From NCBI GenBank assembly GCA_024704765.1, contig JAKMXF010000033.1:868001-932000 (forward strand): DNA of 64,000 bases. The letters run 5' to 3'. The position numbers were made by a program, and so were the translations under genes. This document shows positions 13,610 to 26,270 of this stretch, in pieces. The DNA comes from Oopsacas minuta. Lineage: Eukaryota > Animalia > Porifera. The notes beneath the pieces are model-generated. The model was not told the DNA's origin. It worked only from the letters and a program-made list of their open reading frames with translations, and did not search any database. Positions within the stretch are counted from its first letter, which is position 1. Each line of letters starts with the position of its first letter.

Positions 13610-16600
13610 TCACTGCTGAGTGACTACAGTAATTGTATAGAAAATATCCAAGAGTGTCTCAGGAGGATAAGACATCTTGGTAAGAACAGTTAAACAGAAT
13701 TTGTCTACTCGTCCGTGCATGAAATTAACTTTCTGATACTCTTCTCCATCTCCAGGTCTAACAAGAGATAAATACTTCTCTCCTACCATTATGTCCCGGG
13801 AGAGGATAGAGGCTAAGAGACCCGGTTGCACCTGATCAAGCATCACCCCTACTTGATACCACATGTCTACATCACGCATATCTATAACGAACATTTTACC
13901 AAAACGGAGAGCACCTAAAAGGGCTAGTCGTACTGTCTCTGGCTCTGTGTGTTTAGAAATGAACATGTCTGTGTAGTTCGTGTCTCTGTACTTTAGGAAG
14001 ATAGAGACTTGACCTGATGGATCTATGATCATAGGCCATTTACCACTTTCTTTGATTTTGTTCCCAATATCTCTCATCAACACTTCTTCTAACTCTTTGA
14101 TGTTAGCTTTAACTCCAAATCCACCCTCCCCTATAGAACTATAATTTAAAGAAGAGCAAGTAAATAAAAGTGTTCGAGATAAGACGTGCCCTCTCGAGAA
14201 ACAAAGATTATTACATAATACGTACTAACCGAAGTACGTCTTATCCGAATATTCTTCCTATACAATGAATACAAGCTTTGATAATCAGTTGTTGTTGTTG
14301 AGTAAAAAATACATACTAACCGAAAGTACATCTTGAGCCCAGTACGTACTAACCGAGATCTATTGTATTTTCTAAAACAAGCCGCTTCGCTTGCTCGCGC
14401 TGTGCGGCTTGCGAACACTGTGTTCGCAATTAACTCGGCACTTTGTGCCTCGATATTTTCATTAGAATTATTATTTACACATGATTACATTGAAATTTGG
14501 AATCAGCGTACTCGATTACACCTGTATAAACATAGAAACCAAGTTTATAAGACTATTTAGAATGTCTTTACTTTTAAATAACAACAAATATTCACAATAA
14601 GTTGTTGACAATTTCATATTAGGAATCAGTGTACTACACTGATTCCTAATATGAAGTTTCGTTCAACTCTGTGTTACTTTCTTGGTATACACGATAAGTA
14701 CATAGTTAGGCGACATCTCAGTATTGAGAAATTCTTTCCTTGACAACAGATAGACAGACAAAATGGAAATTTAATAATATAGATTGAATGAAAAATGTCA
14801 AGCCGAGAGACTAGTAGTTCAGCTCAAGGCATGCCCCCCTGACCCCGTATAGATACCGCAATGCACACCCTGACTGATTTTGGGATAATGGATCGGAGAA
14901 ATATTACAGGATATTCCACATTAACTGATTACGGCAGGATATATACTTTTGTAATGAGACGGAACACTAAGATTCTACCACTTCTTTTAACCAATTCCCG
15001 CACCGAAAGGAGATTTTAGCACCTTTTTGACCTAATAAAATCACACATTTTCCCGGCAGTATTCGGTTAATAAATAGTATTGATTAAACAGATCGTACAG
15101 TCAGAAACTAAATCTGAATCACAAACTCAACATAGTATAAATCATACAACTTCGAACATATGTTTAAAGGTATTTGAATACGAAACTACACAAAAAAAAA
15201 CAATTATCCGAACATTGGGAACGTGAAAATTTTAGATTTTAGCAAGAAAATTCCCAGACCCACTATATATTGTATTATTTATATTTGTATAGCATAGCTT
15301 TGTACAAGATTACCTGCGACATCTTGCACACTCTTCTCCCTAAGCTCTAGTCTAGCTGCCTGTAGTTTGTGTAGAGTTTGTTCTGCATGTAGCTTAGCTA
15401 TCTCTAGATTACCTTCTGCATCTTGTATAGCCGGTATTGTTAAGTCAGTTCTCTGATGGCCTTCTGTCACAAGTGTGTCATGCTCATTTATTCTCTTCTC
15501 AAGTTCTTGGTGAGCTTTAGAGAGCTCTAGCTGTTTAGCATTATACTCCTGCTCTAGTTCTTCTATGCCTAGACATATAATATTATACAGCAAAATCAGA
15601 AATGTAAGTAAAAAATTCTATAGTATTGTTTTAATATTTCACTAATCCCAAAGTATTATTTTGCAATCGGAACAGTGGTGTTCGGATTAGCGAGGGTATA
15701 CTGTAATCATTTGATAAATTGTACATACAAATTCGAAAATATTCAAATTTGAGTCGCCACACTCCATCATACCTAACTAACCGTTCAACGAAATTTCTAG
15801 CATCATATTGAGTTATATTATAGAAGGTGTGAAAATATGATTAATCATATGATAAACTTGTGAATTTGTAACTTTCAGACTCTGAAAATCTCAAATCTGA
15901 CTCTAAACACCTAATTACCCCTGACATGTTGAAATCTAATCTCTAGCTTGCTTTGTATTTTGCATAGAATGATGATTAATCACCAAAAAGCTGTGAAAAT
16001 TTCACTAAAAATATTCATACCCGAGGTGCTAATCTCCTACCCAACTTATTTTCATGAAAATTGTATATCAATTTTCATGGAAATAAGACTGCTAGATTTC
16101 GCACGGCCGCGCGGACATAGGGTCGGGCGTCCACATCGTCCATACCATTAGGGGAAGTCCCTATAGGAGTTGCACTAAAAAAATAAGATACGAACATTGT
16201 ATAACCAAATCCTTCTCTTCCTGTTTGCGAGCAGCATCTAAAGCTATCTGTTTCTCTCTCCGCTCAGATAGAGTAACGAGAAGTTTTTCTGTCTCCTCCA
16301 TGTCCCATTCTGATATCATCTGTTCTATGTCCATATTAGACGCTATGTGTTGCGGTAGAGCTCCATCTTCTGCATACACACGAGGGTCAGCTCCCTGACT
16401 CAGCAAATACTCACACACGGCTTTGTGTCCAGCGAAAGCAGCTCTACACAAATATAGAGGATATGTACAAATAAATAATTAGAGTAGTGTGTATGTTCGC
16501 TATTGTAGACACATCCTCGTAAATTATAATGCCTAGCTATCTTACTGAAAATTTTTACACAGAGCAATTACAGTCAACATCCTTAAACTCGAATACCCGT

Positions 16601-19600
16601 TAACTCAAACATGCCTTATCTCAAACGAATTTTCATTTCCCTTGAGGGTTAGAGTTACAGGATTTGGCTGTATAGTAGTATATTAATTAACAATATAATT
16701 TTTAATAATATTTGTATATTGCATTTTTGAAAAGATCACAATAACCTGAATAGGTCAAGGCAGTACAAATTCCAGCTCATAATCATTTCAAAAGTGTCGC
16801 ACTGGAAATTGGACCTTAAATGGAGGCCATCCGTTAACTATACGCAAAATATTCAGCGAATCCATTATTATGTGATGCGAGATTCCAATACTTCAGCTGT
16901 CTATATGTACTATAAATGGGGAACCTCTATAAGTGGGGCAATTTTGGTTGACTTTCGTTATTTCCATAGAAACCAACCTCCATAACCAGGGAATGGAGAT
17001 ACATAAAGATTAACAATACCTCCAACGTTAAAATTTTACTAGTGTCCACTTTGTATTATAATGATAGGGGAAGATGATCTGCGTATATACAGGGTGTCCC
17101 ATAATTATTGCCCTATCAGCATTTAGTTTCATTTCATCAATATTTCTAAAATATCGTACAATTGTCTAGTTTTCTTTCATAAATTTATTGACCAACCTTA
17201 TTTAGTTAGTTAACTTGATATGATGACTTCCCTTGTGTACTAGTCAAAGTAGCATATTTAATTAATGATATTTGAATGTTATGGTTATTTACACAATAGG
17301 GCAATAATTATGGGACACCCGTATAATATAGGGAATAACATATTCTTCAGTTGACGATATAGGAAGAGTTAACTATTACATTTGGGTAATCGAGTAGCTG
17401 ATTCCGATTTTCACACTATTGATTTAATCATGTAAATATATTATTGTTTTTATGAATATAAAGCAAACAAATTAAAAAATAAGGTAGAATCATACCTTCA
17501 CGACTATACTGGGGTAATCGAGTATGCTGAGTCCAAATATGATATTATAAACAACATCTATATTATTGAATCTCAATTGTTGTTTGCCCGTTAATATGTA
17601 AATATATTGTTGTTTTCATGAATGCCCTTGATCTAAACGGCTACCCAGTGGTAATAAGTACCCTGAATCTGAATTTCGCATTTTCAAGGTTCTCATATGT
17701 AAAATTTAAATTTATTATTGATTTTAAGAATTTAAAGTAAGCAAATTAGCTAAACCTCAAAATTTACGTAGATACTTGCTCTTAACGGCTACAAAGGGGG
17801 TTGATCTTACAAAATAATTCAATAATTAATATGCCATATACATATATTTGTGAATTACATTGTTCTAAATATATTTATATTATAATACTCAAAGGGGCCA
17901 TTAATTTGGAAAATAATGAATACCTCGAGGCGCAATGCGCCGAGTTCATCGCAAAGCGACGAGCCTTTGCCTCGCATAAAATAAATTCCTTTCAAATATG
18001 TAGTTACATTGTCAGCTAAGTAAATGAAACACATGTTGAGAATTGAATACAACAATGCATATGCAATGCTCAGCATGTATGTGGTAATAGTCGTTAGTTA
18101 ACAATTGAACATTCTCAAAATAATGTTAATTATTCAGGCATTTACATGTTATAACACATGATGTTGTCATAATAGAACAAAGCAGCTAAATTGAAACAAT
18201 ATTTATTCTAACCAAAATGCTGAGCTGGAGAGGATGTGGTGTTGTTTTCATGTAGCTTTATGGAAATTGAGGTTATGTGGGCTTAAATTTTAATGATTTC
18301 GCCACTTCTAATTCATTAAAATGAATAATTAACATTTGTAGTCTAATTGATTTAGAACAAACCACTTTAACCATTCAGGTTTATAGTATTCAGAATAGCA
18401 TATACGCGTGTAACACACCATATTACGCAGGTTATATGTACAGTCAGGGGACAAAAGTATTCGACCACACAAATATATTGTCATAAATTGTATACTCTTT
18501 CCCGCTCCTATATATTGTGTAGTCTATATTCGTAGCTGCAATCTAGTAATTTGTATAGAATAACATGTTTTTCAAGAATTTCAAAAAAATATTTTCGATT
18601 TACACTTTTTGAAGGTGTTAATTATTCATAATCATTAGATAATTATTGATAATCAAAATATGTGGTAATTCAAAACCTATTAAGAATCTATAATTTCTGA
18701 CTTGATATTTGAATTCTACGTAGGTGAGTTACCCCAGATTGAAATTTCCAATCGGATTGAACAATTTTTACCAAAGTTATAAAAGAATTTCAATTTGTCC
18801 CACTTGTGCCACTTTTTGAAAAAAGTGGCACAGGTGGCAGGAAAAAGCGCCACTACAAGGAAATCAACTAGCGTTAGGAGGAATAAGTCGAAGTAATATT
18901 TTCGAATGATATGACTATGCTAACCCTTGAATTCCAAAATAACCTCTTGGTAGCGGCCACTTGTGCCACCTTGGGCAAAAGGTGGCATAAATGGCACAAA
19001 ATCGAAATTCATCTATAACTCTGGTAAAAATTGTTCAATCTGGGGTAACTCGCCTACGTAGAATTCAAATATCAAGTCAGAAATTATAGATTCTTAATAC
19101 GTTTTGAATTACCACATATTTTGATTATCAATAATTATCTAATGATTATGAATAATTAACACCTTCAAAAAATGTAAATCGAAAATATTTTTTTGAAATT
19201 CTTGAAAAACATATGTTATTCTATACAAATTACTAGATAGCAGCTACGAATATAGACTACACAATATATAGGAGCGGAAAGAGTATACAATTTATGACAA
19301 TATATTTGTGTGGTCGAATACTTTTGTCCCCTGACTGTATATCTACAGAGCAATATTGTTGGATAATTATACTGATTTTAGTTCACTTGTTAACTTGGCT
19401 GGATACATAACATCCTACAAATATTAGTCTGCATTATGCAGCCACCAGCATGTAATAAGTTATATTATTGAGCTGGCATATACAGTCAACATCCGGTAAC
19501 TCGAACGCCCGTTTCGCTAGGCTTGAAGATGATTTAGAGTTAGAATAATATTCAATCAAGTTGTTGGTCTTTTAAAAAGTATTTACGTACAGGAGAGTGG

Positions 19601-21442
19601 CCCAATCCATACATAGAACCAGTCAAAATAAACATATAGCCTCGCCTTACCACTTTTGAAATGATGGCCCATAATTTAAACCAAAATCATAGGCACAATT
19701 ACGGTCATTTTGGGAAGGCACGTGCCCACTCTGGAATTTGAGTGCACACTCAGAATTGACTCTACAATAATACAAAAAGTATGGAGCGGGCAGACATTAA
19801 GTCAACATTCCCATTATGACTTACGAGGCTAGTTGCGGCAATGGATGAATGTATAATACAGTGTTACCTCGTTAATATGAACACCAACGGACATTCAAAA
19901 TGTGTTAGCCTTATCCAGAGTTCGCATCAATCGGAGTAATACCAATTGGATTTCCACTGTAGGGACCTGAATATATGAAAATATTTGTTCGTCTTATCCG
20001 GAAATTCTTATTAACCATGTCCTATACCAGTGGATTACAGAGAAAAATCAGGTTGAAAAACAGTTCTTGTTCACTTCAATCGTATTTGGAATAAACTCAG
20101 CTACTTTGATTATAAAACAGTTTTTTGTTGGTTTACTAATAACTATGGAGCTAGTATTGAAATATTGTGTGATTCCTGATAGCTCACACAATTCAGCTCA
20201 ATTGAAATATTAACTATGGTAGTATGTAATACAATAAACAATAATAAACAAATATAAATTTATTGTGTAATTATATTTTGTATTTAAATCAAGGTTGCAA
20301 CCAAATAGCTCAATATTCTGTATTCAGTCTCATTTTAGGCATTCCTCACTTCGTTGGAGTGGGTTTTGCCCTGGATTAGAGGCTACCTGTTTGGATGTTG
20401 TTCTAGGGTATTTGGGGCACCCTTCGTTTGATGTCTATATAACATTAAAATCCATATTTGACAATCATTGTAAGGATTTTTAATACCTCATAATTCTTAA
20501 TGTAATGAAAATACAACATAAATAGATGTATACGTACGTATATTAACTAGGGATAAAATACAAGTATTGACTGACCTGTACAGAGGAGTACGTCCAAACT
20601 GCCCTACCGAATTAGGATCACCTCCTAGCTCAATCAGCAGAGCTACAGCAGCAATAGATCCTCCTGCTGCAGCCTCAGAGAGAGGAGTGTTACCATTAGC
20701 ATCTGTACACTCTACTAATAAGTGTTCTACTCGTTGAAGGAGAAACGAGTCATTTGCTCCTCCCTCCGAGATATACTGTTCCTTCGACTCTTTCAAAATC
20801 TAGAATACAATACGTATTTTACATACGTACTACAAGTGTGAAAATTAAGTTATCCTAACATGTTCAATTTCATCAGTATCCCCTTCGAAAGCTGCATCTA
20901 GCATTCTCTTCTTCCTACGAGTAATTTCTTGCTTCCTTCTTCTCTCCCTCCCGTCTCTCTCAACCTGTCTCTCTATTTCCTCTCTCTCCATACGCACCAT
21001 ATGTAAGTACGCTTCATGCTGGAGCTTGTCCATCAGGTCATCATACTCCTGTTTGCGTTGTCTTAAAAGAAGCAGCCTTCTCCTAGAGGTGAGAATCAAA
21101 TAATAAAACTGATATTTCTAACGATTAAATATTTGTTATTCACCGGCTAAGGAATGCTCTTACAAATGTTTGTATTCGAATAGCCATTAAATCTTGCTTA
21201 GTTTGTTGTGGTTTCTTTGGTTGCTGCTTATCTACAATTGTTTTCTGGGAATTTTTGCCTGAGTTCTGGGCTGCAAGTCTAGATGCCCCTCCTCTTCCTG
21301 TTCCACGTAATGACGCAGGAGCAGTCCTCCTTACCACTCCCCTACTTGCTGTAGCAAGGGGAATTGTAGATTTAGGAACAGGCTTCCCTCTTGAGGAAAC
21401 TGGAGCTGGCCTGTTGCCAGGAACCCCTCTCTTAACTGGCAT
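13610..21442 (-). CDS. IQANK1: IQ motif and ankyrin repeat domain-containing protein 1; exons approx. 21442-21144, 21082-20860, 20799-20576, 16443-16206, 15568-15314, 14130-13610
   Basis: IQ motif AIRIQTFVRAFLSR, a coiled coil, ankyrin repeats (DANGNTPLSEAAAGG; GQFGRTPLYR|AAFAGH) and the C-terminal GKWPMIIDPSGQ...LLGALRFGK domain. GT-AG borders are phase-compatible at all junctions except exon 4/5. Confidence 0.85.
15860..16167. repeat. Unclassified interspersed repeat family (other copies ~57830-58125; fragments ~42690-42790 and ~12650-12730)
   Basis: Shared blocks gtaact(t)tcagactctgaaaatc, aattttcatg…ctg(c/t)tagat(t/g)tcgcacgg and catccataccattaggg…ccctatagg. Borders are approximate. Confidence 0.65.
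17090..17321. mobile_element. Tc1/mariner-type MITE
   Basis: TIRs cagggtgtcccataattattgccctat / atagggcaataattatgggacacccg, with TA on both flanks. Confidence 0.85.
17390..17974 (+). mobile_element. Non-autonomous Helitron-like repeat copy (composite)
   Basis: Shares the tctatattatt.aatctcaa 5' motif (17557), the internal AT-rich unit and the GC-rich 3' hairpin region (gccgagttcatcgc.aagcgacgagc) with the copies at 29557, 31941 and 53947. A reverse 3' fragment lies at ~14340-14455. Confidence 0.6.
18441..19337. mobile_element. 897-bp Tc1-like foldback element with ~380-400-bp near-identical inverted arms, in IQANK1 intron 3
   Basis: TA|cagtcaggggacaaaagtattcgacc… …ggtcgaatacttttgtcccctgactg|TA. 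The arms differ by a few substitutions and one ~18-bp indel, and enclose a ~120-bp loop. Confidence 0.92.
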
Positions 21443-23297
21443 CTAATCTAGACTTCTAATATATAATATGCTTCAATCAATATCTTAGTTCTACTTATTG
21501 TAAATGTGTAATCGTATTGTTGCAGTAATTCACAGCGAAGTGATTGTTTCAAAACATAAATGTTGATCAAAAAACCTGAGTATCGAGTGTAAAGTGGATA
21601 TAATGAACCTAGGAGTAGGATACGGTTAAGTTTCAAAAAGCAAACAAATACCACAATCTAGTGAAATGATACGAGTGCGAAGTCAGCAGCGAATTCCAGC
21701 AGTGAAATATGAGCACAACTTAACGCTTAATATTTGTCAATTCCCAATCAATTCTCCTGAAATTTGTTCAGTATATATGTCTAGAAATTGCTATAACAGC
21801 ACTGTTAACCGTTGATCTTTTCTCTCAAATCCCATTGACGATTCCCCAATTCTTGTTGTAGCACGTTGCTAATAGCTCAAACTGCTATTTACAGCAGTTT
21901 CCAGTTGTTATCCGTAAATTATGTGCAGTTATCTGCTGTTATAGCAAATGTTCTTAGTACAGCACCCATCAAGAATCTAAAAGAATTACGTAATTACTGT
22001 TTCGTTAATTGCATCCTTGTTCGAACTCAATTATTTGATGTGTAAGTCTAGTTAGTCATCCCTTAAGTAGATTTTCCAAATGAACAAATGCTGATACGGT
22101 AAGCATCTCCGGTTTACTGTTAACATTCGTGCGTATAATATATAAGAGGTTATTCAACGGGCTTTTACTAATTGTATTTTTGGCTGTTCACGCGGTGCTG
22201 AGAAATCTAGCACTCTAAATGATATGAAGATTGGCAATTGGGCACATTTTGAGGTGTAGATTTGCGGCTAATGTGAATATTTCCACCTTTGAGGTAGTTA
22301 AATTTTAATCAATATAATTGGACTTTTGACATTATAGTATACTCCCATTCTATTGGTTGTTAAAGTGTGTCAGATGTAGATATGTATCATTATTCATTAT
22401 ATACATAGATATACATCTAGTTAACATATTTTCACACCTCTATGGCAAATGTGTGTAAAGTGGTTCAACTTAAATGAAGTCCAAATGTCTCAAGATAAAT
22501 CTAATCTCAGAGAAAAGGTGAAAATTTCAACCTATTATATTGGATTGGGATAAATTGAAGCTATGCTATAGACAAAGAAGAGGGCTTGGGGGATAAAAGG
22601 TTTTGATTTATCAGAATTCGAGGTTTAACCAGTGTGTATATACGTCATACGTGGGCAGATATTCAGTTGTTAATATTTAATGTACAAGTTACGTATGGTT
22701 TGTTTTCATACATAATATGCATCCTAAGTATTTGGGGACCTGGCCAGAGTTTTGTGGGAGCATGCTCTTTGACTGTTACTTGCCTCCCCCTCCCCATTCT
22801 ATCCTCTGATCTCTCTCATAACATCTGCAGTTAAACATAATTATTTATTAGTTTCAATTAACATATGTATACAAATTCATTCGATCCACATTCTCAATAG
22901 GCAATTAAATCGCTTAAATACATATGCGTGGTTATACCCAATAGAATACACACATAGTGGCTTATACATCAGTTTATCTATAATAGGTCAGCAGATATTA
23001 GATATGAAAGTATATACAAATGGCACATGGTATTTCAATAGAACTAGACCACAGCTGTGTAACTAGCCACATTGCGTAACTAATATGGTAACGATACATG
23101 ATGGACCTTTATAATTTATGAAACATTAACTCTACTCAGTATTGTGTGGTAAGATTGATACATTACTGGTAATACGTAAACTAGTATGCATTTTAATTAA
23201 CTATTATTATGCCGAGTTTTGTATAAAAGACAGCGACAGCCAATAATAGTTAATTAAAAAAAGTACAACTGGCAGAAAACAACAATAATCTTACAAG

Positions 23298-26270
23298 ATG
23301 GCATTTGTAAATGGAGACGCAGTAGTTAGCGATGAATGGAAGAAAGTTCAAGAAAAAACATTCACAAGATGGTGCAATGAACAACTTAAACTCAATGACA
23401 GAAATATTGAAAACCTGGGCCAAGGTTTTGCGGATGGAATTAATCTAATACAGCTGATTGAAATTATCTCTCAGAAAAAAATCAAGAGATATAATAAGAA
23501 TGCAAAGTTAAGAGCTCAGAAATTGGAGAATGTTCAGCAAACTTTGGATCTTATCATGCGCGAGAAAGTTAAACTAGTCAACATACGAAGCTCAGACATA
23601 GTGGATGGGAATATCAAGCTCATTCTAGGTCTCGTTTGGACGCTGATCTTGCATTACCAGATCAGTCTCGGATTCAAAGATAATTCCGGGCTCACTCCCA
23701 AACAGGCTCTCCTCAAATGGCTGCAAGAGAAACTGAAACACCGACCAGTCGGGCCGCCAAAGAATCTAACAAGCGATTGGAAGGACGGTTTGCGATTAGC
23801 AGCACTCTGTGATGAAATAGCTCCGGGGTTAACACCGGATGCAGATTCTCTGAATCCTTCTGATGCAGTTACTAACGTAACCGAGGCCATTGAGCAAGCA
23901 TACGAATATCTGGATGTACCTAAACTAATGAACCCGGAGGATATCGCTAGTCCTAATATTGATGAGAAGTCCATGATGACTTATCTATCTGAGTTCATTG
24001 AAGCGAAGCTAAACAAGCCGTTACCAGTGTTAGATGGGGTCAATGTGAATGGACCAGGTGTAGAGTCCCAAGATTTGAAGTCTGGACAGCCGACTAACTT
24101 CACAATAGACGCACGAGCTGCGTCTACAACTCGTAATCCTCGTGTTAAGGTAATCAATACTGAGGATAAATCTCTTCCAGTTATGATTGAGAAGACAGCA
24201 GATGGGACTTATACATGTCAGTACACACCCAATGAAACTGGAGAACATCAAGTTCATGTGACATTAGGCTATCCAGTGGCAGGCTCACCCTTCTGTACAT
24301 TCGTAGACACTGGGTCAGATGCTGGCTTAAGCAAAATCAGAGTGTATGGAGAGGGAGTAGAGAGCAACCAACTCGAATCTCACAAACCAACATCTTTCAC
24401 GATAGACACACAGGAGCTAGAGGGTGACGTGAGCATCACCATACAGGGTCCAGACGGTGTACTGACAGAAGAAGATATTGAAGTAAGACGTAATGACCAA
24501 GAACAGACAGAAGTAGACTATACGCCAAGCTATCCAGGGAACTACAACATAGAAGTTTTGTTTGATAATCAGCAAGTACCAAATTCTCCATTCACAGTAC
24601 AAGTGAATCCTATCAAGGAAGCTGATGCTTCAAAGGTTAGGGTAACAGGAGAAGGAATTGCTAAGGGAAAGGTAGGAGACCCTTTGGAGTTTAGTATCGA
24701 CACGAGGGCTGCAGGAATTGGAAGTCTAGACATGTCGCTGGAAGGACCATCTAAATGTGAAGCAAAATACAATGATAACGGAAATGGTACTTGTAAAGTA
24801 GTGTATACCCCTCTGTTACCAGGAGAATATAAGATAGCATTGAAGTTCAATGATACACAGGTTACTAATAGTCCATTCAATGTTAAGGTATTCGATCCAT
24901 CAAAAGTAATAGCCTCAGGTCCTGGTATTGACGGGGTAGGAATTAGGGTAAACCAACCAGCTGATGTATTCCTTGACACAACTAATGCTGGAGAAGGAGA
25001 ATTCCAGTGTTGTGTTAAAGGACCTGATGAAGAGAGTGAATTCAAAGTAAATCCAAATGGACACGATAATACGCTACAAGGCTCGTACGTTCCTAACAAA
25101 CCATCCGAGTATAATGTGTCAGTTAAAATGGAAGGATACGAAATTCCTCATTCTCCTTTTAAGGTAGTTATAAGCGACTCCCTCAAGCTAAGCGGTCCAG
25201 CTATCCAATACGCGTACGTAGACCAACCTACACACGTGGATGTGGATACATCTAATTCTGGAAACAGGACCCTCTCTGCTGAACTCGTGGATCCCAAAGG
25301 TAAAAAAATCCCTACTAAGATCTCAGCTACAAGCGAAACATCTCAGGAAGTAGAATTTACACCTAGAGTCGGAGGACACCATAATCTAAACTTCATGTAC
25401 GGTGGCTCTCCTCTACCTTATGACATTAGAGTACTGGATCTTAACAAGGTTAAGGCTTATGGACCAGGCTTAGCAAACAAAGGAAATGTTGTTAATGAAG
25501 ATACTGTATTCACAGTTGAAACTGGAGGTCTCATGTCAGAGGACTTGACTATAGTCATTAAAAACAAATCGTCAGATGAGGAGGTAGCTCCAGAAATAAA
25601 GAAAACCGGAGAAGATAAGTTTGAAATTGCATACAAGCCTACTAAAGCTGACCTTCATAACGTAGGTATCCGTCTCGTAGGGGTTGAAGTGTGTGAGAGT
25701 CCGTATGAGGTTGCTATCTGTGATCCATTAGCTATTAAAGCATATGGACCAGGATTAGAAAAAGGCATCGAGAAAACCCCAACCGAGTTCTTCGTCGAAT
25801 TATGTGAAGGTGGCGAGGGATCTCTAGCAGTAGCAATAGAGGGACCAGAAGAAACAGACTTGACAATTGAACGAGAGACCGATAGCTTATACAAGTTCAG
25901 TTATACACCAGAAAGAGCTGGGGTATATGACGTCAACATAACATTCTGTGACAAACCGATTAAGCAATCTCCTTTTGTGGTGCGTGTGAGTCGAGGGCCA
26001 CCAGATGCTTCAAAGTGTATCCCACAAGACATCAATGAAACAGGCTTCTTCATGATTGATGCAAAGAATGCTGGAGGCAGTGGATTGCTGGAAGTAGGAG
26101 TCTCTGGGAACAATTATCCTTGTGACTTTGTATCTGTCAAACACAATGGCGACTATACATTCAATATTAACTATGCACAGCCAGAACCTGGTGAGACAAC
26201 CATCAGTGTGAAATGGCATGGAGAACATATCAAAGGAAGTCCTTTTAACATCATTACTGAAGCCAACTGA
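23298..26270 (+). CDS. FLN: Short filamin: two calponin-homology domains plus 8 Ig-like filamin repeats, single exon, 990 aa
   Basis: WKKVQEKTFTRWCNEQL and IVDGNIKLILGLVWTLILHYQIS (actin-binding domain). Eight xGPG…SPF repeats follow. The last repeat ends VKWHGEHIKGSPF, like filamin repeat 24. Confidence 0.92.
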   Translation: MAFVNGDAVVSDEWKKVQEKTFTRWCNEQLKLNDRNIENLGQGFADGINLIQLIEIISQKKIKRYNKNAKLRAQKLENVQQTLDLIMREKVKLVNIRSSDIVDGNIKLILGLVWTLILHYQISLGFKDNSGLTPKQALLKWLQEKLKHRPVGPPKNLTSDWKDGLRLAALCDEIAPGLTPDADSLNPSDAVTNVTEAIEQAYEYLDVPKLMNPEDIASPNIDEKSMMTYLSEFIEAKLNKPLPVLDGVNVNGPGVESQDLKSGQPTNFTIDARAASTTRNPRVKVINTEDKSLPVMIEKTADGTYTCQYTPNETGEHQVHVTLGYPVAGSPFCTFVDTGSDAGLSKIRVYGEGVESNQLESHKPTSFTIDTQELEGDVSITIQGPDGVLTEEDIEVRRNDQEQTEVDYTPSYPGNYNIEVLFDNQQVPNSPFTVQVNPIKEADASKVRVTGEGIAKGKVGDPLEFSIDTRAAGIGSLDMSLEGPSKCEAKYNDNGNGTCKVVYTPLLPGEYKIALKFNDTQVTNSPFNVKVFDPSKVIASGPGIDGVGIRVNQPADVFLDTTNAGEGEFQCCVKGPDEESEFKVNPNGHDNTLQGSYVPNKPSEYNVSVKMEGYEIPHSPFKVVISDSLKLSGPAIQYAYVDQPTHVDVDTSNSGNRTLSAELVDPKGKKIPTKISATSETSQEVEFTPRVGGHHNLNFMYGGSPLPYDIRVLDLNKVKAYGPGLANKGNVVNEDTVFTVETGGLMSEDLTIVIKNKSSDEEVAPEIKKTGEDKFEIAYKPTKADLHNVGIRLVGVEVCESPYEVAICDPLAIKAYGPGLEKGIEKTPTEFFVELCEGGEGSLAVAIEGPEETDLTIERETDSLYKFSYTPERAGVYDVNITFCDKPIKQSPFVVRVSRGPPDASKCIPQDINETGFFMIDAKNAGGSGLLEVGVSGNNYPCDFVSVKHNGDYTFNINYAQPEPGETTISVKWHGEHIKGSPFNIITEAN

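Noticed and set aside
23654-26228. Several antisense ORFs (up to 176 aa) inside the filamin gene
   Set aside because: These are reverse-strand shadows of a long coding sequence with no recognisable motifs.
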